From NCBI GenBank assembly GCA_002269645.1, contig NIVC01001050.1:245683-309682 (forward strand): a DNA stretch of 64,000 nt, read 5' to 3'. The notes under the pieces are model-generated. The model worked only from the letters and a program-made list of their open reading frames with translations. It had not been told where the DNA came from and ran no database searches. The stretch comes from Macrostomum lignano. Taxonomy: Eukaryota. How positions within the stretch are numbered: position 1 is the stretch's first letter; each line of letters starts with the position of its first letter. Of this stretch, positions 28,897-45,526 are shown one piece after another. Position numbers and translations under genes: made by a program.

Positions 28897-29312
28897 TCTG
28901 CTTTCCGCAGCAATAGTTATCGATTAAGGTCATTAGTTTCTGGTCTGCCAAACAATTTGGATTGCAAATGGCGCGCGCATTTACTTTAGTAATGTTCCTC
29001 AGCTGATAGGGCGAGCATTCCCTGTCTAGTTTAGGAGCCCCGTTTGGCTTATCAGAATCTTGACGCTGTTTGCTCTGCTTGATGGTGTATTTTGCGTTCT
29101 AATTTCCAATTAGCTGATTGTCACGCTAAACGTCAATTAACGCGAATTGTTGCGCTCTGATTTTAAAATCGATAAGAACAACTATTATGTGGTTGCTTAG
29201 GGCGAGGGTTGAATTTGAGGGCAAACTTTAAGCAGAGGTTTTCTTGCCTTTATAAAGTAGGTATTCAATAAAGTACTCTCCGATCTGGCTTGGTTAGAGT
29301 AGGCTAATAACA

Positions 29313-30842
29313 GGAGTGAGCAGGAGTGAACAGGAGTGAACAGGAGTGAACAGGAGTGTACAGGAGTGTTAGCAGAAGTGTGAGCAAGAGTGAACAGGAG
29401 TGTGAACAGGAGTGTTAGCAGAAGTGTGAACAGGAGTGTTAACAGAAGTGTGAGCAAGAGTGAACAGGAGTGTGAACATGAGTGAACAGGAGTGAACAGG
29501 AGTGTGAACAGGAGTGTGAACAGGAGTGAACAGGAGTGAACAGAAGTGAACAGGAGTGAACAGGAATGAACAGAAGTGAACAGGAGTGTGAACATGAGTG
29601 AACAGGAGTGAACATGAGTGAACAGGAGTGAACAGGAGTGACCAGAAGTGAACATGAGTGACCAGAAGTGAACAAGAGTGAACAGGAGTGAACATGAGTG
29701 AACAGGAGTGAACAGGAGTGAACAGGAGTGAACACGAGTGAACAGGAGTGAACAGGAGTGAACATGAGTGAACAGGAGTGAACAGGAGTGAACAGGAGTG
29801 AACAGGAGTGAACAGGAGTGAACAGGAGTGAACAGGAGTGAACAGGAGTGAACAGGAGTGAACAGGAGTGAACAGGAGTGAACAGGAGTGAACAGGAGTG
29901 TACAGGAGTGTTAGCAGAAGTGTGAGCAAGAGTGAACAGGAGTGTGAACAGGAGTGTTAACAGAAGTGTGAGCAAGAGTGAACAGGAGTGTGAACAGGAG
30001 TGAACAGGAGTGAACAGGAGTGAACAGGAGTGAACAGAAGTGAACAGGAGTGAACAGAAGTGAACAGGAGTGAACAGAAGTGAACAGAAGTGTAAACAGG
30101 AGTGAACAGGAGTGAACAGGAGTGAACAGAAGTGTAAACAGGAGTGAACAGGAGTGAACAGGAGTGAACAGGAGTGAACAGGAGTGAACAGGAGTGAACA
30201 GGAGTGAACAGGAGTGTAAACAGGAGTGAACAGGAGTGAACAGGAGTGAACAGGAGTGAACAGGAGTGAACAGAAGTGAACAGAAGTGTAAACAGGAGTG
30301 AACAGAAGTGAACAGGAGTGAACAGAAGTGAACAGAAGTGTAAACAGGAGTGAACAGAAGTGAACAGGAGTGAACAGAAGTGAACAGAAGTGTAAACAGG
30401 AGTGAACAGGAGTGAACAGGAGTGAACAGGAGTGAACAGGAGTGAACAGGAGTGAACAGAAGTGAACAGAAGTGTAAACAGGAGTGAACAGAAGTGAACA
30501 GGAGTGAACAGAAGTGAACAGAAGTGTAAACAGGAGTGAACAGGAGTGAACAGGAGTGAACAGGAGTGAACAGGAGTGAACAGGAGTGAACAGGAGTGAG
30601 CAAGAGTGAACAGGAGTGTGAACAGGAGTGCTAACAGAAGTGTGAGCAAGAGTGAACAGGAGTGTGAACAGGAGTGAACAGGAGTGAACAGGAGTGAACA
30701 GGAGTGAACAGGAGTGAACAGGAGTGAACAGAAGTGAACAGAAGTGTAAACAGGAGTGAACAGGAGTGAACAGGAGTGAACAGGAGTGAACAGGAGTGAA
30801 CAGGAGTGAACAGGAGTGAACAGGAGTGAACAGGAGAGAACA
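29313..30842. repeat. 10-bp minisatellite (GTGAACAGGA), ~1.5 kb
   Basis: Directly visible; the source of many spurious ORFs. Confidence 0.99.
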
Positions 30843-31780
30843 GAAGCAAGTACATGTAAAAGTTAATGGAAGTTAGCACGAGCAAACAGAAGTATAGTCA
30901 AAAGCACCGAGAAATTATGGGGCAAAAGTGGTGCCTTAGAAAATAATTTCTGTTATGCAATTCAATTTTCGGGCTGGAAGGCTATCTCTGTCCATCGACG
31001 CATTGAAACTCTTTAATCGATCGCTCGGCAGCCACCCCATGCCGAGCACCCTGCATGTACAACTGGGCTGCTGGGGCAGAGGGGAACTGAAAGCCAATGT
31101 GCGCTGGATGTGACAGCAGGATTTTAGTGGATTCGATTTGACGATTTATCTGGTCCAGTCCCCAGATCGGTCGTGGAATACTAGATAAACGTAACATCTG
31201 GATTACAGACAGTTGACCAATGATTCTGTCTGTAAGCGACTTGTTGATATCCTCCTTAGGATACATTTAATCGTCTTCTATAGAAATTTTTAGCGCCCAT
31301 ATAAGACACTTTGCTCCATAAAATTTCGCTTTTCTTAAGCACTCCATGAAACATGGGAGAGGCGAGGGAGCCCTCCAAGTTTAGTTGACGAGAACGGGGA
31401 AGCAGGGAAGGGGAGAGGCTCTCGTGAGGTCTCCTGTTTGACCCTCCGTCCAGGGCCGTCCGCCCCCAACCTCCTGTCTGCCGCCCACACATCTCCTTTC
31501 CCTCGGCACCAACCCATTGCTTAGCTGACTCACTCTGTTTTCGGAATGAACAGCCGGACGGGGAACGGGACCACGAGCGCAAATTTGCTAGAAACACCTA
31601 CTTCACTTGGCTTCAACCTCTAACCAACGCCAAGCTTCAGCTTCAGCTTACTTCTTCCTTTAGCTAACACTTTGCTTTTGCTTTTGGCCCAGTTCCCAAT
31701 GCAGATATCGCCACTTCATTCATTGCCAACTGAAAATTAATAAAAGTTAACTTCGATTCTAAATCGGACGTGTCATAAAA

Positions 31781-35982
<4,202 letters not shown>

Positions 35983-36682
35983 AGTCGGCCAGCAGCCAAC
36001 AGGTACCTGCTCACACAGGGTGTACAGGGAATGTTTGTTTTCCAATTTTTATCTTCGAGTGGACAGCAGCCCGAACTCTTCATCGTGGCATATAGAGAAG
36101 TTCCGGTCTGAGTTTCATTCGCGAACTCTCCTTAAATCAATGCAGAATCGAACCCAGGGCCTCTTGGGAGCGAGTGTCGAGTTAGGATCTTAGTACAGAA
36201 GTATACTTATTTAAAACATCTAGTTCTTTGCTTGAATTTTGAACCCAACTTTTATAGCTATTTACTCTCAATTTGCAAGTCCCATTTTTTATCTTGAATC
36301 ACGATACATGTGCAGGGCAGCAACCGCGAATTTTTTTCATTATTTCTCTTTGTTATAAGCTTATTAATAATAAATATAATTATGAGCCTTTCTCTGGATT
36401 TTTGATGCGCAGACAAATTAGGGTAACTTTTTTTCAGGAAAATTTCGATAAGTTGTTGGCAAATAATGTTTATAAAATACTGTTCACTTTTGGCAATGCA
36501 TAATTGAATAATCAAAGGTGGCTATCAGTCATTCTTGTTCGCTTTTAATAATACCAAACCTTGTTACTAGAATTACTCGGATAAAATATACGACTGTTCC
36601 TTTGCCAAGAAAACGGTTTAAACAGTTTGGCTTTCTGGTAGCTTCATTTTAAGTCAATCTCGGCAGACACAGGCAGATACTA

Positions 36683-36685
<3 letters not shown>

Positions 36686-36713
<28 letters not shown>

Positions 36714-36719
36714 AGACAC

Positions 36720-36796
<77 letters not shown>

Positions 36797-36817
36797 TAGA
36801 CAGACAGACAGACAGAC

Positions 36818-36856
<39 letters not shown>

Positions 36857-36897
36857 TAGACAGACAGACAGACAGATAGACAGACAGACAGACAGAC

Positions 36898-36952
<55 letters not shown>

Positions 36953-37058
36953 CAGACAGACAGACAGACAGACAGACACAGACAGACAGACAGACAGACA
37001 CAGACAGACAGACAGACAGAAAAAAGACCGACAGGCAGACAGACAGACAGACAGACAC

Positions 37059-37105
<47 letters not shown>
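36686..37105. repeat. (CAGA)n microsatellite
   Basis: Directly visible. Confidence 0.99.
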
Positions 37106-37582
37106 GTAAGATTTTTCTTGTTAGCCTTGTTCTCATTAAAAAAACTCTCATTGGAATCTCAAGCGTAGAATAGTGATTCCCTGTTTCTACCAAACAACTT
37201 TTTTGAAAAGGCCCTGCCAACAGGTGGCCCGCATGGAATTTTTGCCTCAACCGTCGCTCATGCATTATTGAAGTGGTGGAGTTCTTCCCGGAATTATTGC
37301 GGAAATAATGGATGCAATTAAGCGAAGAAAAACCCGACAATTTCCTGAAAAGCCCCACAACCTTCAAGCAGGGACGCGATACAAAAGCGCATTGGCTGCG
37401 CATAAGTTCTGCTTCAGCGACTTAACTAGCAAGTCTATAGTGAGAAAATTACTAACTTTTTAGCTTCAACGCTATTCTAAGCGGTGCATTTTACTACAAA
37501 GTATATATGTAAAGATGGGGCTCAGGAACTGTTTCTCAACCATCTCGTTCAGTCTTAGGCTTAACAATCTTTCCTCATAAAA

Positions 37583-38314
37583 ATGTTCCTGCTCTGGGCC
37601 TCGCCTATCCTGCTAGTGCTGTTCACTCAGCAGGCGTCAGCGACCGGGCCGTGCCCGAGTCCGTTCCACATTGAGGCTGAGAAGTGCGTGTTTGTCGATA
37701 TCAGGCAAAACTACAGCTGGTGCTCGGCCAATCACCACTGCGCTTCGATCGGAGGCGAGTTGATCAACTCGCCCAGCTCGCTGCAGCAGCTGAGCAGCAT
37801 GTCAAGTCTCAACTGCAGCTGCCCGTTCTGGCTTGGGGTGACCGACCTCGCTGATGAGAGAGTCACAAGCCAGTCGCAATGGCAACTAATCAACCGTAAC
37901 GGAATTCTACCTACGGATAGTGCCCTGTGGGAAAGTAATTTCCCGAACAACAATGGCAACCAGGACTGTGTGCTGGCCAGTGGGAGCAACCTGTTGTTTA
38001 AGGACAAACACTGCTCAAACAACAATGGATTTATCTGCGAGTTCGCCGCTCCAACGAAGCTTACTGGCGGTGCCAGCTGGACAAAGACTGCATTCAAACG
38101 AACCAGCTACAATCCGAGCTGGAAGTACTGCTTTAAGGACCTGAGCCAGGTGAATGCCATGCACTGCGTGGCAGCCGCCATGCAGGCCGGCAACAGCAAG
38201 CAGGTGCTGTACAACAGCAAGCTGCGCACCTGCCGCCTGCTGCTGTTCACCGACGCTCAGGTGCAAGAAGAAATCGAGACGAGCGCCGATTGGGTCAAGT
38301 ACAGCCTCAACTAA
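37583..38314 (+). CDS. Secreted C-type lectin domain protein with a C-terminal PAN/apple-like segment, single exon
   Basis: Signal peptide; CTLD motifs WCSANHHC..IGGEL, FWLGVTD, W...FPNN...DCV, KHC...FICE; C-terminal AMHCVAA...LYNSKLRTCRLL is PAN-like. Confidence 0.85.
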   Translation: MFLLWASPILLVLFTQQASATGPCPSPFHIEAEKCVFVDIRQNYSWCSANHHCASIGGELINSPSSLQQLSSMSSLNCSCPFWLGVTDLADERVTSQSQWQLINRNGILPTDSALWESNFPNNNGNQDCVLASGSNLLFKDKHCSNNNGFICEFAAPTKLTGGASWTKTAFKRTSYNPSWKYCFKDLSQVNAMHCVAAAMQAGNSKQVLYNSKLRTCRLLLFTDAQVQEEIETSADWVKYSLN

Positions 38315-38547
38315 GAGAAACTTCTGAACTTAACGCAACGATTACTGAGAAATTAACTTTCTAACTTTCTAATATACTAATAAAGATATGAAGTTCAGTC
38401 TCAGAAAAAAAACTTAGAAGACCAACGATGGATGGTCAACTCTCGACAAGCCACTACCGAATGTTCAGGCATATAAATTTTATCTAGAGCATTTAATTAA
38501 TCTAATTTATTTGAAATTCATACATGTAGAATTATTCAGCGTCCGAT

Positions 38548-40504
38548 TCAAGCTTTCGCATAAAAAACTCGCTGTATCAGATCCACGGTGGAAGCTAACT
38601 CCTCATCTGAGGTGTTGGTTGTGGTTAAATTCTGCCAGGCACCAACCGGATGCTCTCGCGGTGGACACGACCGGGAGTAGCTCAGGCGAGACAGGCGACA
38701 GGCGGGTCCCCTTAGCGGCAGGACCAGCCCAAGCCGAGGTTCCAACCATTGCTCTTCGTTTTCATCGTCCACGATTGGTTTTTTTACCGGCGATGCTGGC
38801 GCTGTTTCGGGGCGCGGCTTCCGCTGCGGCTGTCCAATTCGGACTCCGACGCTGCTGCCAACGCGCTGACCTCGAACTCGACGCACTTGCCTGGCGTCGG
38901 CTTCGCTCAGCTGCTGCAACAGTCGGCCTTGGTAGGAGGCCTCGTAGTGTGCGGCGGTCAGCCGGCCGCCCTTCGAGGCTGCTGACCGATCGGTGGCGTC
39001 GCACGCACGGCTGTGACTGGGCAGCTGTTCGGGTTCCTGCCGAATCGCCAGCTCCGCCATTCGATCCAGACGCTGCTGGCGTCGATCTTGGCGCGCTTGT
39101 CTCGCCGCAGACGCTCTGGCAGCTCGACGCTGCGCCTCAGCAGCTTTTCGCTGCTCTTCAGCAGTTGCGGACGCTTCCGCCAGACGTTTGGCATGCCGTT
39201 GCTCAAAGCCCGGCCGCAGGGTCTGCATGTTTTCAGCGATTTGACGAGAGTGCAGCTCCGGCAGCGCCTCAGTCTGAAACGCGAGGGCGTCGCGTAGAAG
39301 CTCCGTCTGAGAGAGGTCAGAGTCTGTCACCAGGGCCGGCGTGGATCGGATCAGAGAGCAACTGGTGGCTGGACGTTGCTTCGCACAGCTCATCGACTTC
39401 GATGAGAAACTGACGGTTTCCTGTACGTCGGTTTCATTCGCACACCTGGGTTAGATGGTTTTTAGACGGTCCTTAGGAGGAGTTTGTAAGAGTTTACAAT
39501 ACCAAAAAGGTGTGACCTTGAGGTATCAAAATCAGTATTTACCTGGAATCTGCATGCTCCTCATTGCCTGTCCCCAGTTCGTCCTCATTGTCCGTACTGT
39601 CGGTCCAGTAGGCCGACTCGCGTCGACCAGCCGCGGCTGCTGACGCTGCTCTCAACGTGGCTCTCGATGATCTCGCCCCGGCTCCGCTTGCAGACTCTCT
39701 GAGTGCCCGACGCAGCGTTTCAAAGCTCGTTCGGGCCTGCCGACTTCGCTCCAGCCGTTTGTCTCTGTAAGCCTGCACCGCGCACTGACGAAGTCGAGTC
39801 TCCGCAGGACGCACTGTCTCGCGCACATACTGTCGCTCATCTTGACGATACTCCGAGTCTAGACGGCGCTGAATCCGAGTGTCCATCGGGGTTAGCATCT
39901 CCTCGAAGCTCACCATCTCGTGACGGCCCTCCGCCGGTCGGAGGGTACACCGAGCTTCCTCCCTGTCGAGCGGACCGGCCCACAGCGCCAAGTCGATGAA
40001 CTCGTCGAGCTGCAGGCGGCCGGGCTCGTGAAACTTCATGTGTCGGACTCGATGGGCCATCTTGCCTAACGATATCGCTCGACCGCAGGCTTTCAATGCT
40101 CGCATGACGGTGCGCGGCTTCGCTTTGAGCCCGCGCAGGTCCGAGCTCTCGTACAGGCCGTAGGCGATCCTGGTGGTGTACAGCTGCTGGAAGGTCATGC
40201 CTTTGCCGGCCGTCACAGCGACTGCTCGGCGCACAACCTGCTCATTCCACTCGCACGAGTGACTGTTGAAAGAAAAATCGAAGCCGGACTTGAAGAACTT
40301 GCTGCCAACGAAGGCGTCCAACTGCGACAGTTGAAAGCCTTCGGTAGCGTACTTGGCATCAATGGCCTGACGGTAGCACTGCTCCAGCGAGTTGTCGCGA
40401 TAGCCCAAGCTCCGGGCTAAGCAGGCGCACTCCTCCCAGCTCAGCACGCTGGCCTGTCGCGGATAGCTCAGGTGGAATCGAACCGATCGATAATCGTTGG
40501 TCAT
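38548..40504 (-). CDS. Uncharacterised ~620-aa protein with a degenerate calmodulin-like EF-hand pair and coiled coils. Exons 40504-39543, 39445-38548
   Basis: Two long same-strand ORFs are joined in frame by a phase-2 GT-AG intron (39542-39446). AYGLYESSDLRG...VMRAL...G...GRLQLDEFIDL follows calmodulin lobe spacing. Confidence 0.78.
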
Positions 40505-40940
40505 TTCGGTGGTCAGTCGCTGGATTTGAGAGCGCTATTTATACCGTTTCAGTTTCTCTCCAATGGGTGCCAGAAGCGTTTTTAGATATTGCTGGCTCTA
40601 TTAAAAGCAAGTTTGAGCTCTCCGTAGCTATGGAGGCGCTGGCTCTGATTGTGCGCTTATAATAGGGGGTGAAGGGCTTGAATGGACACCGTCATGCAAG
40701 CTAGGCTTGATAGACTCTCTTGAACTGCCTACCTGTGCAGCGCACTTGCCTGCCTGTCCATACACAAACCGCTCTCTTTCTCTTCTTTCTGCCTCCCTCT
40801 AACATCGTTGCTTCCATCTCACCTTGAATAGGTAGCCCAATGCATATACAAATACGATAAATAATGGCCTTTCATAAGATTGAACGCAATGCGAACTTAT
40901 CTTGAAGATGCTGGCCGAACTTGGCTTTTAGCATGTTGCC

Positions 40941-41716
40941 GGCCTTGTCTTGAAGCTGGCGACCTTGTCTTGAAGCTGGCGACCTTGTCTTGAAGCTGGC
41001 GACCTTGTCCTGCAGCTGGCGACCTTGTCTTGAAGCTGGCGACCTTGTCTTGAAGCTGGCGACCTTGTCCTGCAGCTGGCGACCTTGTCTTGAAGCTGGC
41101 GACCTTGTCCTGCAGCTGGCGACCTTGTCTTGAAGCTGGCGACCTTGTCTCAAAACTGGCGACCTAATCTTTATTCTGGCGAGCTTGTCTCAAAACTGGC
41201 GACCTAATCTTTATTCTGGCGAGCTTGTCTCAAAACTGGCGACCTTATCTTTATTCTGGCGAGCTTGTCTCAAAACTGGCGACCTTATCTTTATTCTGGC
41301 GACCTTGTCTCAAAACTGGAAACCTTGTCTCGAAGATTGCCACCCTGTCTTGAAGTTGGCGACCTTGTCTTGAAGCTGGCGACCTTGTCTTGAAGCTGGC
41401 GACCTTGTCTCAAAACTGGTGACCTTATCTTTATTCTGGCGAGCTTGTCTCAAAACTGGCGACCTTATCTTTATTCTGGCGAGCTTGTCTCAAAACTGGC
41501 GACCTTGTCTCAAAACTGGCGACCTTGTCTCAAAACTGGCGACCTTGTCTCAAAACTGGCGACCTTGTCTCGAAAGATTGCCACCCTGTCTTGAAGTTGG
41601 TGACCTTGTCTTGAAGCTGGCGACCTTGTCTCAAAACTGGAAACCTTGTCTCAGAACTGGAGACATTGTCTCAAAGATTGCCTCCTTGTCTTGAAGTTGG
41701 CGACCTTGTCTCGAAG
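40941..41716. repeat. 20-bp minisatellite (GAAGCTGGCGACCTTGTCTT) with derived ~38-bp dimer units
   Basis: Directly visible. Confidence 0.96.
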
Positions 41717-42682
41717 CTCCGTCAGGTTGTCAGGAACAATTACATGAAGAGCAAGATGTTTTTTTACTGCAGTCAGTAATTAATAGACGCAATTAAATTT
41801 TGTTTATCTTCTATACAGTACACTAAATATGCTACTTCTGTACCAGTAAGTAGTATCTATTGAAAAGGAAACTTCAATTTTATAAAAACATTTCGCCATA
41901 TTTCGTTAGTCAGCTTACTGTGTGGAATCTATTTTTTTCTCGGAATTTCCGTGAAAATTAGTCGTACCATCCGGGTCTTTTTGGGCATCCATGCATGCTT
42001 CCTATTTTAGAATGCGCGTCATTTACATGCGCATGGACTGTCCTATTGACAGGAAATTTTGTTCCATATTTTATCTCCATGTAAGTGAACACCATGCTTG
42101 ACTGCTTAACTGGAGATGGCATAGTAGACAATGCCCACTCGCATTACTTCACTTGGATTGCTAAATTTAGATTGCTTTGGCTTTCAGGCATGGCCACCAG
42201 TGAAATGACGAAATCGAAAAAAGCAAATTGCAACGCAGAGAGCTGTCGGTTTAACGATTAAAATCTCATCTTAACATCGTTTATTGCTCGCAAATCGCTT
42301 ATAATTGTATTTTCAAATATTAATCAGACACAATTAAGTGATATGGGTTAGTGAGAACTGACGATTTACAAAAATATGGTTTTATTACAAACAGTATAGT
42401 CGGAATGCAGGCGCAGTGTATGTATGGTGCAGTTGAAAATGATGTGTTTGAATTTTGGCCACCTCAAACGGACCTACTTTGCTTTTAATATGAGAATTTT
42501 ATCTTCAAAAATACAAAGCTGGCCATTTTTGGCCTATATTGTACATTTACTGTTTGAATTGTCTGATTACACACCTTCTGTATTTAGTTGATTTACCACG
42601 CAGACAAAGTCAACAATAATACAACGCAAACTATTCACAATTTATCATCTACATGCAGGGAAGTTCAGATTAGCATTTGTCT

Positions 42683-43926
42683 TTATTGCTCAATGCTGAA
42701 GCCTGTGCCAAACGGGATGACATGGCCGATGCCGCTGCCGCCACCGCCGCCGATGCCACCATTGTCACCGCTGCCGCAGGTGCACGCTTTCACCTGGCCA
42801 ACTTTGCCGCCCTGCTGCTGGCACCGAGTGTAAGACTGCAGAGTTGCCTTCAAAATTGGCGACTTCAAAACGTCCCGATTCTGCTTCAGATAGGCCATGA
42901 AGCAGGGGAAGTTCTGGAACTTGTTCAGCTCTGAGGCGTAGTTTCTCCTCTCCTCCTCAAGCTGCTTCCGCAACTGTTCCACTTCTTTCTCGGCTTGGCG
43001 CAGTTTCTGCAACAACAAAAAAATCAGCAAAAAAGTTTTCGGTTTAGAATGTCTCTTATCAGTGTTATCATGTGATATTTGCCTACTACATATGTGTTTT
43101 TGAAAAAATATAAGTATATCTGTCTAATATTTCGTATCTCACGTGACACTTGGCACTAATGTACACAGCTGCTCACCTCCTCCTGCTGGCGCTCTGTTAG
43201 TTTCTTCTTCTGGCGGCATTTCTTAGCGGCTTCGCGATTCTTCTCCCGTCGGACTCGCTGCAGTTCCAGAGTTTCCTGGCTGAGCTGCAGTGTGTTTCAT
43301 AAACATATTTGTCTATAATATACATGTATGCATTATTCGAGAACTCGTCTCAAGCAGATGATGAAGAATTAGCTTACTGGGTAGTCCTGGGCGGGCTTGG
43401 CATCCTCTTCGGGCCTGAACTCCTTGCCTTGTTTCAGCATCTTCAGCTGAATCCGGCAGTTTAGTTCCGTCTTGATGAGGTTGCTCTCCGTCTGCTTCTG
43501 CTCGTCAGCGGATGCAGCAATCGACATCGAGTCGTCGCAGGCGGGCTGCTCGGAGAACTGAGTCCAGGTGTCCAAGAAGCCGGACATTTTCTCCTGCTTG
43601 ATCACCTGTTTAGTAGCGTCGAAGCTCAAGTCTGGATCGTACGGCACTTGAGGCGTCTCCATCATGCTGTCAATGGCCGGCTGCTCGGGTGGCTGCTCCA
43701 TGGACATCTGCTGCATGTGACTGGGCTGCTCGGGCGGCTGCTCCATGGACATCTGCTGCATGTGACTGGTGGGTGGCGAGACCGGGTCAGGCACAATGTC
43801 CCTGAAGAACTCGTCAAAGTCCGTATCGTCAGTGTCCATCGGCGGTGGAAAACGAGGCGTGGATGTCATCTCTGGCTGCTGTCTGGCCAGAAATTCGTTT
43901 CGCAGCTCGACGTCTTCGAAATACAT
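42683..43926 (-). CDS. bZIP transcription factor, ATF3/Fos family, with degenerate zipper. Exons 43926-43378, 43284-43177, 43006-42683
   Basis: IKTELNCRIQ motif typical of ATF3-like proteins; basic region RVRREKNREAAKKCRQKKK; phase-0 GT-AG junctions; the middle exon is 108 bp. Confidence 0.85.
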
Positions 43927-44312
43927 TCCAGTTGTGTTGCTGGCTGTTATAATGTAAGTGCAGCTGCTTTCGGCTTGCTCTCTGAGAGTTATAGCCTCCT
44001 GGGGAGGCCGAACGCAGCTTATATACTCTTAATTGATAGTACCTTGTAAGGCGTACAGCAAGCCTTACACAGTTGGTTGGTCCACGGCGAGACCGAGGAC
44101 AGCTCACGAGATTGCCATGGAATGAATCTTGACAATTAGTTTGATACTTGTACGTACATGTAGCACAGGTTTCGAGCTTTACAGTACAGTGGTGTGACGA
44201 ACTTGGAACTTATTAATAATAATAGTATGTACGGCACAGTTAAAGTCCGCATGCTATTGGCTGCAGGGAGAGGCCAAGGTGAATTGTTCCTTATAATATT
44301 GTGCTGCACAGT

Positions 44313-44455
44313 AACACCCACGGATTCAACTTGGAAACTCCGACGATATGCCGTAGAAATGCCTTGGCTTAGCCTAGCATTGCAATGTACGGCAACACCC
44401 ACGGATTCAACTTGGAAACTCCGAAGATAGGCCGCGGAAATGCCTTGGCTTTAGC
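44313..44455. repeat. Two-copy direct repeat, 81-bp period, upstream of the ATF3-like gene
   Basis: AACACCCACGGATTCAACTTGGAAACTCCGA...AAATGCCTTGGCTT at 44313 and 44394. Confidence 0.9.
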
Positions 44456-45526
44456 CAGAATATAGTTTTTGCGTTTAAACTCATCCTCCCCCAATGTGTA
44501 GATTTCATATAATAAAGAAATAGCAGTCCGGTGACTATTTTAGGGCACACGCGGAGGATGAGGCATGGGGTGGATGCAGAGTCACGTGACATGCAGCGTA
44601 GCGCAACGAATTCAAAAACAGAAGACCAGACGAACATGGAACTAAATAGGCGGATTCCCTCCCAGTGCAACATTAATTTTTCCAGTGTCGCTAATTCAGC
44701 TACTTAACTAAGTAGAAATATAAACATTTTACGCACAAAATTTATTCAGAGAGCAAAAACTAACAACTTCAGCATTTAATTGGGAATTTTCGTGGCATGG
44801 AATTTGTGAAATTTCAGGCAATTTACCTTGATTTTATTTGATTGGCTTTTTCAATACAGGCAATGCGCACACACAAAAAGAACATTATAAATTGTAAAAG
44901 CGATAGCGCCAGGACTGATAGATAAAATGGCTTTGATTTAGTCGAAAATTAAAAGCTTTGTCTCAAAATTTCGCAATTAGCAGGCGGGCAAATTGACAAA
45001 ATTCAAGTAGAAAATAAAATTTTACTGGCTGCCAAAAATACAAGATTTACAACAATAGTTTATCAAATGTCAATAAAAAAGCACCGAACTTATAAAAAAC
45101 TGGCTAAATCAATGCGCTTAACTTACTACTAACAATGGTTTGTCACTGGGCAGTAGTCGTGTCAGAACACTTTCATCATTAAAAATCTTTTTTTACAACT
45201 TATAAATTAATTTGAGTGGTCATGCGTTGAAAATAAAATAGATAAATTTCAGCAGTAGTGCACAGTGCAAACAATTGGCAATTCAAATCAGTGCTAATTT
45301 TTGTTAAATTCCTAATAAATATAGCCAATATAAAAGGGGCATGCACATGCAAGGAACAGAGAAGACCTGTGCAAATTCTTTCAAATTAAGCAGTTTCGTG
45401 AGGATTAGTTAGCTGACAGCTGACAGCTGAATTACCACACAGTTAGCTGACTAACGAAATATGGCGAAATGTTTTTATAAAATTGAAGTTTCCTTCTCAA
45501 TACACGCTACTTACAGGTAAAGCAGT

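Noticed and set aside
38511-39413. 300-aa + strand ORF antisense to the EF-hand-like gene, and similar shadow ORFs in the TRP, ENaC and FREM exons
   Set aside because: Expected antisense openness of GC-rich coding DNA; no motifs.
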